A stretch of DNA of 64,000 bases from Dimorphilus gyrociliatus (taxonomy: Eukaryota > Animalia > Annelida), in contig CAJFCJ010000005.1 of the NCBI GenBank assembly GCA_904063045.1, positions 3,218,165 through 3,282,164 of the forward strand, written 5' to 3'. Positions 62,301-64,000 of the stretch are shown here, piece by piece. How positions within the stretch are numbered: the stretch's first letter is position 1; every line of letters starts with the position of its first letter. Below the pieces are notes generated by a model. The model saw only the letters and a list, made by a program, of their open reading frames with translations, was not told where the DNA came from and ran no database searches. The position numbers and the translations under genes are program-made.

Positions 62301-64000
62301 TTGCGTTCCCAAAAAATCTTCTATATTCAACATAATTAAGGGATCAATTACAAAGCAGAAAGCGGATGTTATTGCTAATATATCTAACAAACAAAATTTG
62401 ATTTCAACGCCTATTTCTAAGAAGTTAATAAAGAGGACAAAAGAATTAAAAAACCGTCTGATAAATCATCAAAATGGTTGTTATAATTTTCATAAAAAGC
62501 ATGAAGTACTATTAACAAAAGGATTTGGTTTAAACTGCAAGTTTATATTCCATTCCGCTTTGAAACAGTACTCGGGTAAAGGGGATGAAAAGGTAAGATC
62601 TCTACGAGAATCTTTCAATTTTGATGTAAGAAAGAAACTCTATCTATTTCCTTTTTGAACAGAATTTAATAGATCTGCTTGTTTTATGCTTTGATAAAAT
62701 GAGATATAAGAATTCAAAGAGTATTTGTTTCCCGTCATTTTTCGAAGATGATTTAAACTATCCACCGGAAGTGGTTGCAAGATGTATAGAAGAAATAGGT
62801 TCAAGTTATGGTAAGGAAATGGGTCTTGAAAATATAACGCTTGTAATCTCAAATATTGATATTTTTGAGGTACGTAGTTCTGAAATAAGAAACTAATTGA
62901 TCATTTAATACTAACTATTAGTTATTTAATTAGAAATTTGAGGATTACTTTTACGGTAAACCTTGGAAATATGAATCTGGAAAGTTTAAACTTTATGGAA
63001 ATATACAAATTAATTTGTCTACTAAAACTCTATCAGACACAAAAGCTCAAGCTATAATATGTCCAATTGAATCCTCTCTAGCTCTGGGTGATAATCCCAT
63101 AACCAAAGATCTTGTAGAAAAATATAGTCATTTACAAGATAAAATCAATAAAATAGCCTGTAATGGTGACGTATTTTCCTATAGATTTAATGAAATGAAT
63201 AATACATTATTAATCTTTTGTAAAATTACAAATGGAGGCATAAAAAATCAAATTTTTAAAACTTTATCATATGTTGATGAATTAAATATCAGTTCAATCG
63301 CAATTCCAACAATCAAAGGTTATAATATATTTAAATACGTTTGCTGGACAAACTTTTTAACTTGATTTTTAATTTTTCTTCTCTTTTCTTTATATAGAAA
63401 ACTTTCAAATTAGTTTGTCAGAGTATGAAATATTTTTAATGATTATTGAATCGTACTTTTATGGAATAAAACCTAAAAATCTTCGAAATATTACAATATT
63501 TATGAAAGAAAATGAAAGAAACATTTATAAAGATACTCTTTTAAAAAAGTGTAGTACGTGTTATTATGTAATAATTTAATTGCTTAAATATTAATGTAGT
63601 TCTATTATAGATAATCTAAATTACGTAAATATTTCTGGTTTTAAACAATCGAATATAGTAAAAGCATTTCATGATTTTACATCTGGATTAGAATCTCTTG
63701 TTACTGCATCATCGATGAATTTACCTTACAAATACGATTCCCTTAACGTTAGTTGAATATTGAATGAATAAATTTGCATATTTAATTAATATTTTAATTT
63801 TATTTCAATTAGCCAATCATTAAATCTACTTGCGTATTTTTTCCTGACATAATAACTCAAGTTTATGGAAACGAATTATTCTTTTTTGGCTTTGAAAAGA
63901 GTGTTAAAAACTTAAAAAAGTCTCTTGACTGTATTATTAAACATCACGAACAGAAGAGAATACAAAAAGAACATAGGAATTTATTGCAAGATTGCGTAAC
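59326..64000 (+). CDS. PARP14-like multidomain protein C (RRM-like repeats, KH-like region, two macrodomains); partial, runs off the right edge
   Basis: MARKLFTKE|ERDVPYLLVQNIND..; RRM-like DEDELIMIF..EGGG; macrodomain IIKGSITKQKADVIAN..LTKGFGLNCKFIFH; second macrodomain QAIICPI..SSIAIPTI; last visible exon GNELFFFGFEKSVKNLKKSLDCIIKHHEQKRIQKEHRNLLQDCV. Confidence 0.8.

Noticed and set aside
1-64000. Prokaryotic systems (CRISPR arrays, operons, toxin-antitoxin loci), rRNA, tRNA, or an autonomous transposon
   Set aside because: No repeat-spacer arrays, structural RNA genes, RT or transposase ORFs were seen; the window is spliced animal DNA with only two isolated bacterial-type genes.

Overview
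AT-rich animal (eukaryotic) genomic DNA, not prokaryotic. Most genes are spliced with very short GT-AG introns (about 40-130 nt), consistent with a compact invertebrate genome; the miniature annelid Dimorphilus is one candidate, by inference only. The first 11 kb holds three PR/SET exons of PRDM1/Blimp-1 (minus strand; zinc fingers lie outside the window) in a non-coding landscape with GC-richer islands. The rest (12.7-64 kb) is a dense, lineage-expanded cluster. It contains six ADP-ribosylation genes: two inverted PARP14-like genes with no ART domain flanking UNC-93; a Gly-zipper + active ART + pseudo-ART + macrodomain gene; a stand-alone macrodomain gene; a minimal H-Y-E PARP; and a third PARP14-like gene running off the right edge. 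It also contains five ZYG-11/ZER1-like LRR-helical genes, two secreted lectin-like genes (LamG, F5/8C), two intronless bacterial-type genes (VOC/glyoxalase and lysA, HGT candidates), and an intronless 709-aa ORF starting with a degenerate Penelope-type GIY-YIG domain. Gene models were spliced by eye and family calls come from motif recognition; no searches were run.
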